A DNA stretch of 64,000 nt. Source: Spirochaetia bacterium. Lineage in GTDB: Bacteria; Spirochaetota; Spirochaetia; UBA9216. Below, in pieces: positions 29,838-39,627 of this stretch. The DNA is taken from positions 1,984,001 to 2,048,000 of the forward strand of contig OY776510.1 in assembly GCA_963675665.1 (NCBI GenBank), read 5' to 3'. The notes beneath the pieces are model-generated. The model made no database searches and was not told the origin of the DNA. It worked only from the letters and a program-made list of their open reading frames with translations. How positions within the stretch are numbered: the first letter of the stretch is position 1; each line of letters begins with the position of its first letter. The translations under genes and the position numbers were made by a program.

Positions 29838-31172
29838 ATGTCGGACCAGAAAATTAATATACAGCTTTGTCAGACTATTACAGCTTCCGGTGAGACAGTA
29901 AGATACCAGACAATTAAACTTCCGGTATCAGCCAGAAAGATTCATCTTGAGGGTTGTACGGATGCGGCAGTTCTGCAGCAGCTTAAAAGGCTGACGGAAA
30001 AACACCTTTTACCCAATAACAAAAACTGGAAATCGGTTTTTCTGTTTAATGCGGCAGCCTCCCGTAATCCTCCGTTTCCGGACCGCGACGGAAATCTTGT
30101 TATCATCGATTCTGTCGCCCGTACACGGTACTGGCTGGAAAAACTCAGAGACAATAACTCCCGATGGCTTGAGCGGTCCTCCGCTTCTTTATTTGTAAAT
30201 GAATTGCTTGATACCGGACAGGGGCTGATGGGCGGGGCTTCGGATGAAAAAATCTTTATAGTTCCCGTATATCCCGGAATGACCAGGTTGAGTGAGCATT
30301 ACGATCCCGGCAGGATTACGATTAATACACATTTCTTCCTTATGGAGCTTACCGATCTGCTTACGCCGTGGGATGTTATGGGCGAACCCTTCGGGTTGAG
30401 AATCCTGAACGGCAAAGTGGAGCTTCCTCCCCTTTACGGCAGAGATGTCCTTCTGTGGTCCCGGGAAAAGGGATGCGTAATAGATTCCATGGATGTCCGG
30501 GATAATATTGTTCTGCTTAACCATGTGAAAATGGAACATGGGGGAAACGCCTTCTTTTTTACCAGACCGGATTATGAAGTTACTCCGGTACAGCCGGGGA
30601 CCGACTGGGTAATCGTCGGAAGAAGGGTCCTTGCCCGGAAATACGGCGGCGGTACACCTGTTCCCGAAGCGGGATTTGTCTGTCATGTGAACGGCAAGTC
30701 TGACGATCTTCCGGTTTCCGCGGAATTCCTGACTGATGCAGAATGGGATTTTGGAATTCAGGGGGGGACCGCCATGGTGAAAAACGGTGAAAAATGCAGT
30801 GAAGTTCCTTTTCCGTTTTATAACGGAAAGGGAATACACTATCCTCCGACTGTATATCCCCAGGACTGGTCTAATGACAGGGCGGCAAGGACCGGTCTGG
30901 GAATTAACGGAGACAGAATGGTGCTCATATGTGTAGAAGGCAGCAAGGAACATTTATACCGTCACGGTGAGGACAGCACCGGGGTGTCTCTCAAGGAATT
31001 TGCCGATCTGGTTATGGAAACGGGAACACCGGATTTTATAAACCTTGACGGGGGCGGTTCCGCGCAGTTAAGCGTTTACGGCAAAAGATCACTCAAGTTA
31101 AGCGACCGGCATTCTACCGGTATGGATTTTGAACGTCCCGTACCTGCGGGAATGGGATTTGAAACCCTCTGA
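29838..31172 (+). CDS. Phosphodiester glycosidase (NAGPA/DUF2233) family protein, no signal peptide
   Basis: AARTGLG, VEG, GVSLKEFA, INLDGGGS and ERPVP motifs. Confidence 0.8.
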   Translation: MSDQKINIQLCQTITASGETVRYQTIKLPVSARKIHLEGCTDAAVLQQLKRLTEKHLLPNNKNWKSVFLFNAAASRNPPFPDRDGNLVIIDSVARTRYWLEKLRDNNSRWLERSSASLFVNELLDTGQGLMGGASDEKIFIVPVYPGMTRLSEHYDPGRITINTHFFLMELTDLLTPWDVMGEPFGLRILNGKVELPPLYGRDVLLWSREKGCVIDSMDVRDNIVLLNHVKMEHGGNAFFFTRPDYEVTPVQPGTDWVIVGRRVLARKYGGGTPVPEAGFVCHVNGKSDDLPVSAEFLTDAEWDFGIQGGTAMVKNGEKCSEVPFPFYNGKGIHYPPTVYPQDWSNDRAARTGLGINGDRMVLICVEGSKEHLYRHGEDSTGVSLKEFADLVMETGTPDFINLDGGGSAQLSVYGKRSLKLSDRHSTGMDFERPVPAGMGFETL

Positions 31173-31184
31173 CTGTAAAGCGAA

Positions 31185-31976
31185 TTAAATCAGCTGGGCT
31201 TCGATCGACTTGAAGTAATTTACTGTTCCAACTTTCAGCTCAACAGTAGCATCTTCATCACACACAATAATTGCTTTGGGATGAAGCTGCATGCAGCTTA
31301 CCGTCCACATATGATTTACTCCCTGCTGAACAGCCTTTTCCAGGGCCCTTGCCTTGTTCAAACCGCTTGCGGCAAGCAGAACCTCTTCGGAATCCATAAT
31401 CGTTCCCACGCCTACCGTTAAAGCCATGCCGGGAACAGCGTTCACATCATTATTAAAAAATCTTGAATTATTTGCCTTTGTATCATGGGTGAGAGATTTG
31501 ATCCGGGTTCTGGATTTCAGACTGCTGCCGGGTTCATTAAAAGCAATGTGGCCATCTGCACCGACGCCTCCCAGAAAAAGGTTTATCCCACCGCATTCAT
31601 TTATCTTTTCTTCATATCTTCTGCACTCGGCTTCAAGATCGGAAGCCAGACCATTCGGGATGTTTATATTTTCTTCAGGAATATCAACATGCGAGAATAA
31701 TGATTTCTTCATGAAATAATAATAACTTTGTTCGTGTTCAGGCCCAAGCCCAACATATTCATCCATATTAAAGGTTATTACGTGTTTGAAGCTGATTTGT
31801 CTCTCATTATACAGTTTTATGAGTTCTTTATAGATTCCCAGCGGAGTTGACCCGGTCGGAAGTCCCAGTACGAACGGTTTATTTTTTGCAGGTTCAAATT
31901 CCCTGATGCGTCCGGCAATGTATTCAGCTGACCATCTGCTGAGACTGTCGTAATCTTTGTGTATAACTAACCTCAA
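31185..31976 (-). CDS. nagB: Glucosamine-6-phosphate deaminase
   Basis: TTG start after GAGGAG gives MRLVI; [31 protein letters not shown]; the ORF-track extension runs into the tRNA. Confidence 0.95.
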   Translation of the reverse strand: MRLVIHKDYDSLSRWSAEYIAGRIREFEPAKNKPFVLGLPTGSTPLGIYKELIKLYNERQISFKHVITFNMDEYVGLGPEHEQSYYYFMKKSLFSHVDIPEENINIPNGLASDLEAECRRYEEKINECGGINLFLGGVGADGHIAFNEPGSSLKSRTRIKSLTHDTKANNSRFFNNDVNAVPGMALTVGVGTIMDSEEVLLAASGLNKARALEKAVQQGVNHMWTVSCMQLHPKAIIVCDEDATVELKVGTVNYFKSIEAQLI

Positions 31977-32054
31977 TCCATTCTCCTCGTCCGTACATTT
32001 TGTTCCTGTAAAGTAAAACGTATCCTGTAGCGGCCATACAATTAAATTCAAATT

Positions 32055-32142
32055 CGGAAGAGGCAGGAATCGAACCTGCCTCTGCTCAATTGCAGACAAC
32101 GGTTTTGAAGACCGCGGAGACCACCAGATCCCATCTGCTTCC
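32055..32142 (-). tRNA. selC: tRNA-Sec (anticodon UCA), CCA not encoded
   Basis: GGAAGCAG-AT-GGGATC TGGT GGTCTC-C-GCGGT CTTCAAA ACCGT-TG-TCTGC AATTGA GCAGA-G-GCAGG TTCGATT CCTGC-CTCTTCC-G: 6-bp D-stem with 4-nt loop, long variable arm, G73. Confidence 0.95.
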
Positions 32143-32148
32143 GGTATA

Positions 32149-32176
32149 ATTATACCATAAAACAGATCCGATTCAA
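32149..32176 (-). promoter_or_regulatory. selC promoter
   Basis: TTGAAT-16 nt-TATAAT with extended -10 TG, 6 nt upstream of the tRNA. Confidence 0.65.
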
Positions 32177-32216
32177 TCCGGTTTTTTCAGGATGGTTAAC
32201 GGAACGAGGGCAGCAA

Positions 32217-33404
32217 TCATTTTACGGATACATTTATTATATCTTCGACCGAGGCGATTTTTTTGAGCAGTTTCTCATCCGGGGTATCATCAAGTTTAAT
32301 TGTACAGACGGCAGCCTTGTCTCCCTCAAATATGCTGTTCTGCATCTCTTCAATATTGATTCCTGCACTGCGGATTTCATCGAGAACCCCCGCCAGTATT
32401 CCGACGCGGTTGAAATGCCTGACGACAAGATTAACATCAGTTTCCGGTTTTGCACGCAAATTCACCACGTTGGGCGGAGTGCCGGTCTTCCGGTATTCCC
32501 GAATCACCCTGACTGTTTCAGTCGCTATGGCCTCAGCTGCCTGTTCGGTTGAGGCCCCTATGTGATGGGTTCCGGTTATTATTGAGGCAAGCCCTGTGTC
32601 GGTAAATTCATTTGATGTTGCCGCAGGTTCATTTTCATAGACATCAAGAGCTGCTTTAATGCCCTTGCTGTTTACAGCCGCACGAAGGGCCTCCGTATCT
32701 ACAATTTCGCCCCGGGATGTATTTATAAAAATGGCACTGTTTTTCATTTCATTGAAAAAATCAGCGTTGATAAAATGCCTGGTGCCGCTGCCTGCCGCAA
32801 GGTGGACAGTTACTACATCCGCAGATCCGGCCGCCTCCAGCGGAGTTGAACAGAATTCGATTCCCAGTTCTTCAGCGTATTCCGGAGTCAGACTGCGGGA
32901 CCATCCGCAGACTTTCATTTCGAAACCTTTTGCTCTTGCAGCAACAGCACGGCCGATTGCACCTAAACCTATAATGCCGAGGGTCCTGCCTTTTATGCCG
33001 TTTGCCTTGCTGTACAGTTTCTTGTTCCATATGCCTGCCCTGAGATCGGCAGTACATTCAGGAATTTTACGATCAGCAGCAATCATGAGTCCCATGACCA
33101 GTTCTGCTACTGCAGCAGTGTTTTTGCCGGGACAGTTCGCAACATGAATGCCCAGCATTGAAGCTGAGTCAAGATCAATCGTATTTACACCGGCGCCCGC
33201 CCTGACGATGAGCGAAAGTTTTTGCCCGTTCTCGATGGTTTCTTTGGTTACTTTTGTTGATCTGACTACCAGGATATCGTAGGGAGAAATAGCCTCGGGG
33301 AGTGTTTCGGCGGTTAGTTCAGGATCCATTAAAACTTCAAATCCGGATGCTTTCAGTTCGGTTACGGCAGTAACTGAAAGCTTGTCCGCTATCAGAATTT
33401 TCAT
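32217..33404 (-). CDS. D-3-phosphoglycerate dehydrogenase-like 2-hydroxyacid dehydrogenase with ACT domain
   Basis: RAGAGVNTID, GLGAIG, INTSRG, DVYENEP, HIGAST; C-terminal HFNRVGILA ACT. Confidence 0.85.
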   Translation of the reverse strand: MKILIADKLSVTAVTELKASGFEVLMDPELTAETLPEAISPYDILVVRSTKVTKETIENGQKLSLIVRAGAGVNTIDLDSASMLGIHVANCPGKNTAAVAELVMGLMIAADRKIPECTADLRAGIWNKKLYSKANGIKGRTLGIIGLGAIGRAVAARAKGFEMKVCGWSRSLTPEYAEELGIEFCSTPLEAAGSADVVTVHLAAGSGTRHFINADFFNEMKNSAIFINTSRGEIVDTEALRAAVNSKGIKAALDVYENEPAATSNEFTDTGLASIITGTHHIGASTEQAAEAIATETVRVIREYRKTGTPPNVVNLRAKPETDVNLVVRHFNRVGILAGVLDEIRSAGINIEEMQNSIFEGDKAAVCTIKLDDTPDEKLLKKIASVEDIINVSVK

Positions 33405-33597
33405 ATTTCCATCTCCTTCAGACAAGTATAGGACAGTTTTATCTATTTCGCAAATAAATTAAGTATCAAGTATTTTGGGGAATTATAAATGATGTAATAC
33501 GCAAAAAAAAGAACTGTAATTGAGGTAAAATGAGCGTTGCCGTATAGAATAAGCCGTGTTAAACTGGATCAACATACAATGGAGGTGAGGGTGCCAG

Positions 33598-35064
33598 ATG
33601 AAGACAAAAGAGCAGGTTTTGCAGAATACCGTTGAAAGGTGCAGGGAGCGAAACATAATAATCCCTACGTATGCGCAGATGCGTAATCCGGAATTGATTC
33701 CCGACGGAATCAGGAATGCGCTTAAGGAAATTGCAATGCAGGAATTGAACTCTCTTAACCTGTTCAGAATTACCTGGAAAAACGAACCGGTAGAAAGCGG
33801 GGGCGGCTTCGGTGATGTGAACTACATAGAACTGCCGCAGGCGATAACTGGCGTATCGGCCAGGGTATTTATGCTGATTGGAAAGTTTTTTCCAACCGGC
33901 GCCCACAAGGTAGGCGCAACCTTCGGTCCGCTTGTTGAAAAGCTGGTTACCGGCCGTTTTGATCCGACAACCCAGAAGGCGCTATGGCCTTCTACGGGAA
34001 ATTACTGCCGCGGCGGCGTATACGACTCCTGTCTGCTCGGCTGCGATTCAATTGCCATATTGCCGGAAGAAATGTCCGAAGAACGTTTTAACTGGCTGCA
34101 CAAACTGGGCGCGGAGGTATTTGCCACTCCCGGCTGCGAAAGCAACGTAAAAGAGATTTATGATAAATGCAAGGAACTCGATGCCGAGCGGGGCGATAAA
34201 ATTGTCAACCTGAACCAGTTTTCAGAAATCGGCAACCCTATGTGGCATTATGCTGTTACCGGCCCTGCAATGGAAGAGGTATACAACGCCAATAAAAAGG
34301 ACGGCCAGCGTTTCAGCGCCCTGTTTTTAACCCAGGGGTCCGCCGGTACCCTCGGGTCGGGAGAATATCTGAAAACCGTATATCCCAACATGAAGCTTTG
34401 TGCCGGAGAAGCCCTGCAGTGCCCGACTCTTTTGTATAACGGTTACGGCGGGCACAGGATTGAAGGTATAGGCGACAAGCATGTACCGTGGGTCCATAAC
34501 CTGAAAAATATGGATATGGCCGCAGCTATTGATGATGAAGCGGTAATGAGAATAATGAGGCTTTTTAATGAGCCTTCCGGCCAGGATTACCTCAGGGAAC
34601 AGGGAGTTTCTGACGCCCTGATTGCAAAACTTCCGTATCTCGGAATAAGCTCAATAGCGAATATGCTGGGCGCCGTCAAGATGGCGAAATACTATGAAAT
34701 GAATGGAAACGATATTGTTTTTACACTGGCAACTGACTCCATGGAGATGTACGGATCAAGAGTTATTGAGTATCGTCAGAAGCATGGTGAGTACAACCAT
34801 GAAAAAGCTGCGGTTTGTTACGAACGGTACCTGATGGGGACCGGCATCGACGGCATGATCGAGACAACTTATTACGATAAACGCCGGATGCACAACCTGA
34901 AGTACTTTACCTGGGTTGAGCAGCAGGGTAAGACCGTCGAAGAACTTAACGCCCAGTGGTATGATGATAACTACTGGACGGATCAATTCTCAAAAGCCGA
35001 TGAATGGGACCGTGAAATTGACGAGTTCAACGCCAAGACAGGGCTGCTTGAGAAGTACCTGTAG
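33598..35064 (+). CDS. Fold-type II PLP-dependent enzyme (cysteine synthase/beta-subunit family), function unknown
   Basis: PTGAHKVG (PLP Lys), PSTGNYCRGG, GSAGT, HRIEGIGDKH. Confidence 0.8.
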   Translation: MKTKEQVLQNTVERCRERNIIIPTYAQMRNPELIPDGIRNALKEIAMQELNSLNLFRITWKNEPVESGGGFGDVNYIELPQAITGVSARVFMLIGKFFPTGAHKVGATFGPLVEKLVTGRFDPTTQKALWPSTGNYCRGGVYDSCLLGCDSIAILPEEMSEERFNWLHKLGAEVFATPGCESNVKEIYDKCKELDAERGDKIVNLNQFSEIGNPMWHYAVTGPAMEEVYNANKKDGQRFSALFLTQGSAGTLGSGEYLKTVYPNMKLCAGEALQCPTLLYNGYGGHRIEGIGDKHVPWVHNLKNMDMAAAIDDEAVMRIMRLFNEPSGQDYLREQGVSDALIAKLPYLGISSIANMLGAVKMAKYYEMNGNDIVFTLATDSMEMYGSRVIEYRQKHGEYNHEKAAVCYERYLMGTGIDGMIETTYYDKRRMHNLKYFTWVEQQGKTVEELNAQWYDDNYWTDQFSKADEWDREIDEFNAKTGLLEKYL

Positions 35065-35085
35065 AAAGATATTATTTCGTTATAC

Positions 35086-35117
35086 AGGAGGCATTCCGTA
35101 CGGGATGCCTCTTTTTT
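35086..35117 (+). terminator. Rho-independent terminator
   Basis: GAGGCATTCC-GTAC-GGGATGCCTC followed by a T-run. Confidence 0.75.
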
Positions 35118-35246
35118 ATAGTCTGTCGTAAAGATTGATCTCTCCTTGGAATATCAGACCGTTTTAATTTCCTGTAGGAAGAAATGAAAGTCATGTAATC
35201 CGGTGATACATTATGTTTTAAACAGGAGATTACCGGGAGGAACGGC

Positions 35247-37310
35247 ATGAAAACAAAAAAGCAGCTTTTTTGGGTTTTTGTGATTTTGATACTGGCCGGT
35301 GTGACAAGCTGCAAAAACGTGGAAAGGTTGAATCAGCCGAAAGCTGTAAAAGGAATTCTGGACCTTTCTTCCTGGAATTTCACTGATAACGGATCGATCC
35401 CGCTTTCCGGGGAATGGTCTTTCAACTGGCATGAGTTTATTATCCCCGGAGCAGGTGACTTGCCCTCAACTGAGTTTATTGATGTACCGGGAATATGGAA
35501 CGGATTTGAATATGAGGACATTATCCTGGACAATAACGGATGGGCCACTTATGTTCTGAAAGTAATTCTTCCCGATGAGGCAGTCGGAAAGCAGCTGGGC
35601 TTTTTTATTGATTACATGTATACGGCCTATTCAATATGGATCAACGGAGACAATCTTGTGGGAAACGGGATTGTCGGCACAAGCAGGGATACAATGACCC
35701 CTCAGTACCTTCCCGAAAGGGTTTCTTTTGTCTCGGATCAAAAGGAGATAATACTTACTGTTCATGTTTCAAACTTTTATCACCGCAAGGGAGGGATGCC
35801 TGAACCGATAATTTTAGGGTTTTATGAAACTGTTCAGAAATCATGGGAAAAGAAGATTCTCTACGATACCGTGCTTATTTCAGCGCTTCTGATAATGGGC
35901 ATCTATCATACTTTTTTATACGCTTACCGAAAAAGTGACAGGGCGCCTATGTTTTTTGCCCTTTATTGTTTTTCAATAGCCTTTCGAACCTTGTTTATCG
36001 GTTCAAGGCTAATCTATTTTTTCTTTCCAGGTTTCCCGTGGCAAGTGGGAATACGTCTTGATTATCTGTCTATTTTTCTTACCTTTCCGCTGTTTATCTT
36101 TTTTGTTAAAACGGTTTTTACAAAAGAAATGCTCCCCTGGGTTACAGGAATTGTGGGAATCATAAGTCTTGTTTTCGGAGCCCTGGTAATTGTATTGCCT
36201 TCCCATATATTTACTCATCTTTTAAAGTACTATGAAATTATTATCCTACTGGCCGGACTTGCTGTTTTTACAATTGTACTGAAAGCGGTGAGAAACCGGA
36301 GAGAGGGGGCGGCTGTTCTTCTGGTAGGTGTGATACTGTTTTTTCTTACGGCTGTAAATGATGTACTTCACAATAATGAGATAATTCAGACTGTCTATCT
36401 TTCAAACCTTGGGCTTTTACTTTTTACTTTCTCTCAGATAATCCTTCTTGCTTTCAGATATGATAAGGCTTTTGAAACCATAGAGAATATAAACCGGTCT
36501 TTATGGCGTTTTGTACCAAAGGAGTTTCTTGATTCTTTGGGAAGAGAGGACATTATAACGGTGGAACTGGGAGATCAGGTATCAAGAAAGATTACAGTAC
36601 TTTTTTCCGATATCAGGAATTTTACTACTATTTCGGAGCAGATGACTCCTGTGGAGAACTTTACATTTATCAATACTATTCTTGAGAGGATCGGGCCGAT
36701 AATCAGGAAAAATAATGGTTTTATAGATAAATATATTGGCGATGCTGTGATGGCTCTTTTTCTTGGAGAGCCTGATAACGCTGTAAATGCGGCTGTAGAG
36801 ATGCAGAAAGCTCTGCAGGAATTGAATGAGGATTTCGGACGAAAAGGATTTCCGGAAGTTCGTATAGGTATCGGTATTAACTCAGGCAATTCAATGCTGG
36901 GAATCGTAGGCGAGCAGAAACGTCTGGAAAGCACGGTAATATCTGATGCAGTTAACGTTGCGTCCCGTCTTGAGGGTCTGACAAAAATTTATGGTTCGAC
37001 AATTATTATCTCCGGGGATGTTGCGGACAGTCTCTCTGACGGTAAGTTTCTTATGCGATCTCTCGGGACTTCCCGTGTCAAGGGAAGAGGTGAATCGGTC
37101 AGGATTTTTGAAGTTTTTAACACTGATGACGAGGTCCTCAAAACATTAAAAATAAGCACACAGGGAAAACTTCAGGAGGCTGTGGAAATTCTGGAGTCGG
37201 GAGAGCCTGAAAAAGCAGAGGCTATTCTACGCGGTATTGACAACCGAAATCATCCGGATGCTGCGGTTGAATATTTTCTTAAAGTATGTCGGGAAGATAA
37301 ACAGATTTAA
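35247..37310 (+). CDS. 7TM-DISM membrane adenylate/guanylate cyclase with extracellular carbohydrate-binding-like domain
   Basis: AVKGILDLS..LSGEWSF..VPGIW; seven TM segments; LFSDIRNFT, DKYIGDA, DAVNVASRLE. Confidence 0.87.
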   Translation: MKTKKQLFWVFVILILAGVTSCKNVERLNQPKAVKGILDLSSWNFTDNGSIPLSGEWSFNWHEFIIPGAGDLPSTEFIDVPGIWNGFEYEDIILDNNGWATYVLKVILPDEAVGKQLGFFIDYMYTAYSIWINGDNLVGNGIVGTSRDTMTPQYLPERVSFVSDQKEIILTVHVSNFYHRKGGMPEPIILGFYETVQKSWEKKILYDTVLISALLIMGIYHTFLYAYRKSDRAPMFFALYCFSIAFRTLFIGSRLIYFFFPGFPWQVGIRLDYLSIFLTFPLFIFFVKTVFTKEMLPWVTGIVGIISLVFGALVIVLPSHIFTHLLKYYEIIILLAGLAVFTIVLKAVRNRREGAAVLLVGVILFFLTAVNDVLHNNEIIQTVYLSNLGLLLFTFSQIILLAFRYDKAFETIENINRSLWRFVPKEFLDSLGREDIITVELGDQVSRKITVLFSDIRNFTTISEQMTPVENFTFINTILERIGPIIRKNNGFIDKYIGDAVMALFLGEPDNAVNAAVEMQKALQELNEDFGRKGFPEVRIGIGINSGNSMLGIVGEQKRLESTVISDAVNVASRLEGLTKIYGSTIIISGDVADSLSDGKFLMRSLGTSRVKGRGESVRIFEVFNTDDEVLKTLKISTQGKLQEAVEILESGEPEKAEAILRGIDNRNHPDAAVEYFLKVCREDKQI

Positions 37311-37318
37311 GGAATTTC

Positions 37319-38014
37319 CTATTCCAACTCCAACAAGTAATCTAACGTGGAGAAAGTCCCGCTGCCCGACAATACTTCAATACCGGATTGAATTCCTGTC
37401 AGGTAAGCAAAGCTATCTTTACTATTGTTTTGTATTTCCTTTATAAACTGATGTATATCCATTTTTACTTCAGTAGTATTTTCTTTTCTTATAAAAGAGA
37501 ATACAGGCCATTTAAATTCAGGGTGCAAACCAACCCATAATTCCCATATGGAACCCTGTATTATTAATTTTTTTTGTCTTTTCCCGATCGGCGGTACTTT
37601 TCCTTTTTTATATAACCATATCATTATTTCGCCGTCCGGGTTTTCGTTTTCGATTATTCTGTTTGAAAGCCATATATCATAAGTTATATTTAAATTCCCT
37701 TCAGCAATTTGAAATAATTCAAATTTCCATGAAGTTTCTATTTTCTTGATATCCTTAATTTCAATTGGTAATTTATTATCCCTGATTTTCCAGCCCCAGT
37801 GCCAACCGTATACAATTGATGCAAATGATTTTATGGAGGTCTTTGAGCCTTTCCAGTTCCAGCTTGTTTTCCATTTTAGACTTTCGGTATTGTCCGTATT
37901 CGGTCCTATCCAGCTGCACTGGGTTCCGGAGCCGGTGCTTTCTCCCCATAAATTATTATGGAGATATAATTTATCTATTACTATGGTGTCCCCGTTCCTG
38001 CATATTTTTTTCAT
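37319..38014 (-). CDS. Glycoside hydrolase family 12 endo-beta-glucanase, no signal peptide
   Basis: NNLWG, IKSF, NITYDIW, GEIMIWL (nucleophile), QSGIEV (acid/base). Confidence 0.82.
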   Translation of the reverse strand: MKKICRNGDTIVIDKLYLHNNLWGESTGSGTQCSWIGPNTDNTESLKWKTSWNWKGSKTSIKSFASIVYGWHWGWKIRDNKLPIEIKDIKKIETSWKFELFQIAEGNLNITYDIWLSNRIIENENPDGEIMIWLYKKGKVPPIGKRQKKLIIQGSIWELWVGLHPEFKWPVFSFIRKENTTEVKMDIHQFIKEIQNNSKDSFAYLTGIQSGIEVLSGSGTFSTLDYLLELE

Positions 38015-38055
38015 AGTAGTTTCCTGCCTGCATGTTTAATGTGCTCTAATATTTC

Positions 38056-38110
38056 TTGACAACTGCTAACATGTATTATATATTATTAAAACGTTTTACG
38101 TCAATCGATT
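38056..38110 (+). promoter_or_regulatory. Promoter with LacI-type operator
   Basis: TTGACA(38056)-17 nt-TATATT; TAAAACGTTTTAC at 38087-38099; AATCGATT at 38103-38110. Confidence 0.7.
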
Positions 38111-38123
38111 AAATAGGTTAGTT

Positions 38124-39614
38124 ATGGAAGAATCAATATTAAAGTTAACGGGAATTGAAAAACAATTTCCCGGAGTAAAAGCACTTAACGGAGTAAGTCT
38201 GGAAGTTGAGCGTGGTTGTGTTCATGCATTAATGGGAGAAAATGGTGCCGGAAAGTCAACATTAATGAAGATTTTAACCGGTATTTATACTGCGGATAAG
38301 GGAAATATATTTTTTAAAGGGGAGCTGGTTCATGTGAATAATCCTCATCACGCTATGAGTCTCGGCATCTCTATGATACATCAGGAGCTGAATCCGGTAA
38401 CGGAGATGACAGTGGGTGACAATCTTTTTCTTGGCAGGGAACCTATAAACAAAATCACACGACTTGTTGATTCAAAACAGATATTTCAAAGTACAAAGAA
38501 TCTTTTGGCCAAACTGGGTGTTACAGGGATTGCTCCGGGCATGCGGATGAAGGATTTAAGTGTAGCCCAGATGCAGATGGTTGAGATTGTTAAAGCTGTT
38601 TCATTCAACGCGGAATTAATCATTATGGATGAGCCGACTTCAGCTATATCTGTCGCCGAAGTTGAAACATTGTTCAGGATTATAAGATCACTGAAAGAAA
38701 AAGAAATATCCATTATTTATATCTCCCATAAACTGGATGAGGTTTTTTCCATTTCGGATAAAGTGACTGTTTTAAGGGATGGGGCGTATATCGGAACCGA
38801 GGATACGGAGAAATTGAATAAGGACAAATTAATAAGGATGATGGTTGGAAGAGATCTTAGTGATTTATTTCATAAAGAAAAGATTATTACGAAAGAGGTT
38901 TTTTTTGAGCTTAAAGATTTCACCAACGAAAAATATTTCAAAAATATTAATCTGAAAGTTCATAGAGGAGAAATATTGGGTCTTGCCGGTCTTATGGGAG
39001 CAGGAAGAACTGAAATTGTAGAGACAATATTCGGAATGCGCGGACAATACCAGGGAGAGATTTATAAAAACGGTAAACAAATAAACATCTCTTCTCCCGG
39101 GGATGCAATCAGAAACAAGATTGCCCTTGTTCCTGAAGACAGAAAAACACTTGGACTGTTTTTAGGTTTGTCTATCAAAGAGAATATATCAATTGCGTGG
39201 TTAAAGAAATTTTCAAAATTGCTTTGGATAATAACTCGTCGGGAAAATGTGCAATGCAGGGAATTAGCCGGAAAGCTAAAGTTAAAAGTAACGGATTTGA
39301 ACAGAATAACAAATACCCTCAGCGGAGGGAATCAACAGAAAGTAGTATTGGCGAAATGGCTTATGACTGTTCCCGATGTCCTTATCTTTGATGAACCTAC
39401 CCGGGGTATCGATGTCGGTGCTAAAGCGGAATTTTACAATATCATGGTCGGCCTTGCCAGGGAGGGGAAAGCCATCATTATGATTTCCTCGGAAATGCGG
39501 GAACTGTTAGGGATGAGTGATCGAATTCTTGTTGTTCATGACGGAAGAATTACGGGTGAGCTGGCGAGCTGTGAGGCAACGCAAGAGAAAGTACTTGAAT
39601 TAGCATGTCAATAA
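38124..39614 (+). CDS. Sugar ABC ATP-binding protein (RbsA/MglA)
   Basis: GENGAGKST, MDEPT, LSGGNQQK, DEPTRGIDVGAK. Confidence 0.94.
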   Translation: MEESILKLTGIEKQFPGVKALNGVSLEVERGCVHALMGENGAGKSTLMKILTGIYTADKGNIFFKGELVHVNNPHHAMSLGISMIHQELNPVTEMTVGDNLFLGREPINKITRLVDSKQIFQSTKNLLAKLGVTGIAPGMRMKDLSVAQMQMVEIVKAVSFNAELIIMDEPTSAISVAEVETLFRIIRSLKEKEISIIYISHKLDEVFSISDKVTVLRDGAYIGTEDTEKLNKDKLIRMMVGRDLSDLFHKEKIITKEVFFELKDFTNEKYFKNINLKVHRGEILGLAGLMGAGRTEIVETIFGMRGQYQGEIYKNGKQINISSPGDAIRNKIALVPEDRKTLGLFLGLSIKENISIAWLKKFSKLLWIITRRENVQCRELAGKLKLKVTDLNRITNTLSGGNQQKVVLAKWLMTVPDVLIFDEPTRGIDVGAKAEFYNIMVGLAREGKAIIMISSEMRELLGMSDRILVVHDGRITGELASCEATQEKVLELACQ

Positions 39615-39627
39615 AGGAGAAATCAAT

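Noticed and set aside
31977-32099. 41-aa N-terminal extension of NagB in the ORF track
   Set aside because: It overlaps tRNA-Sec; a TTG start with GAGGAG SD at 31976 gives a canonical NagB N-terminus
32000-32142. selC as integration site of a genomic island
   Set aside because: No integrase and no duplicated tRNA 3' end seen in the window
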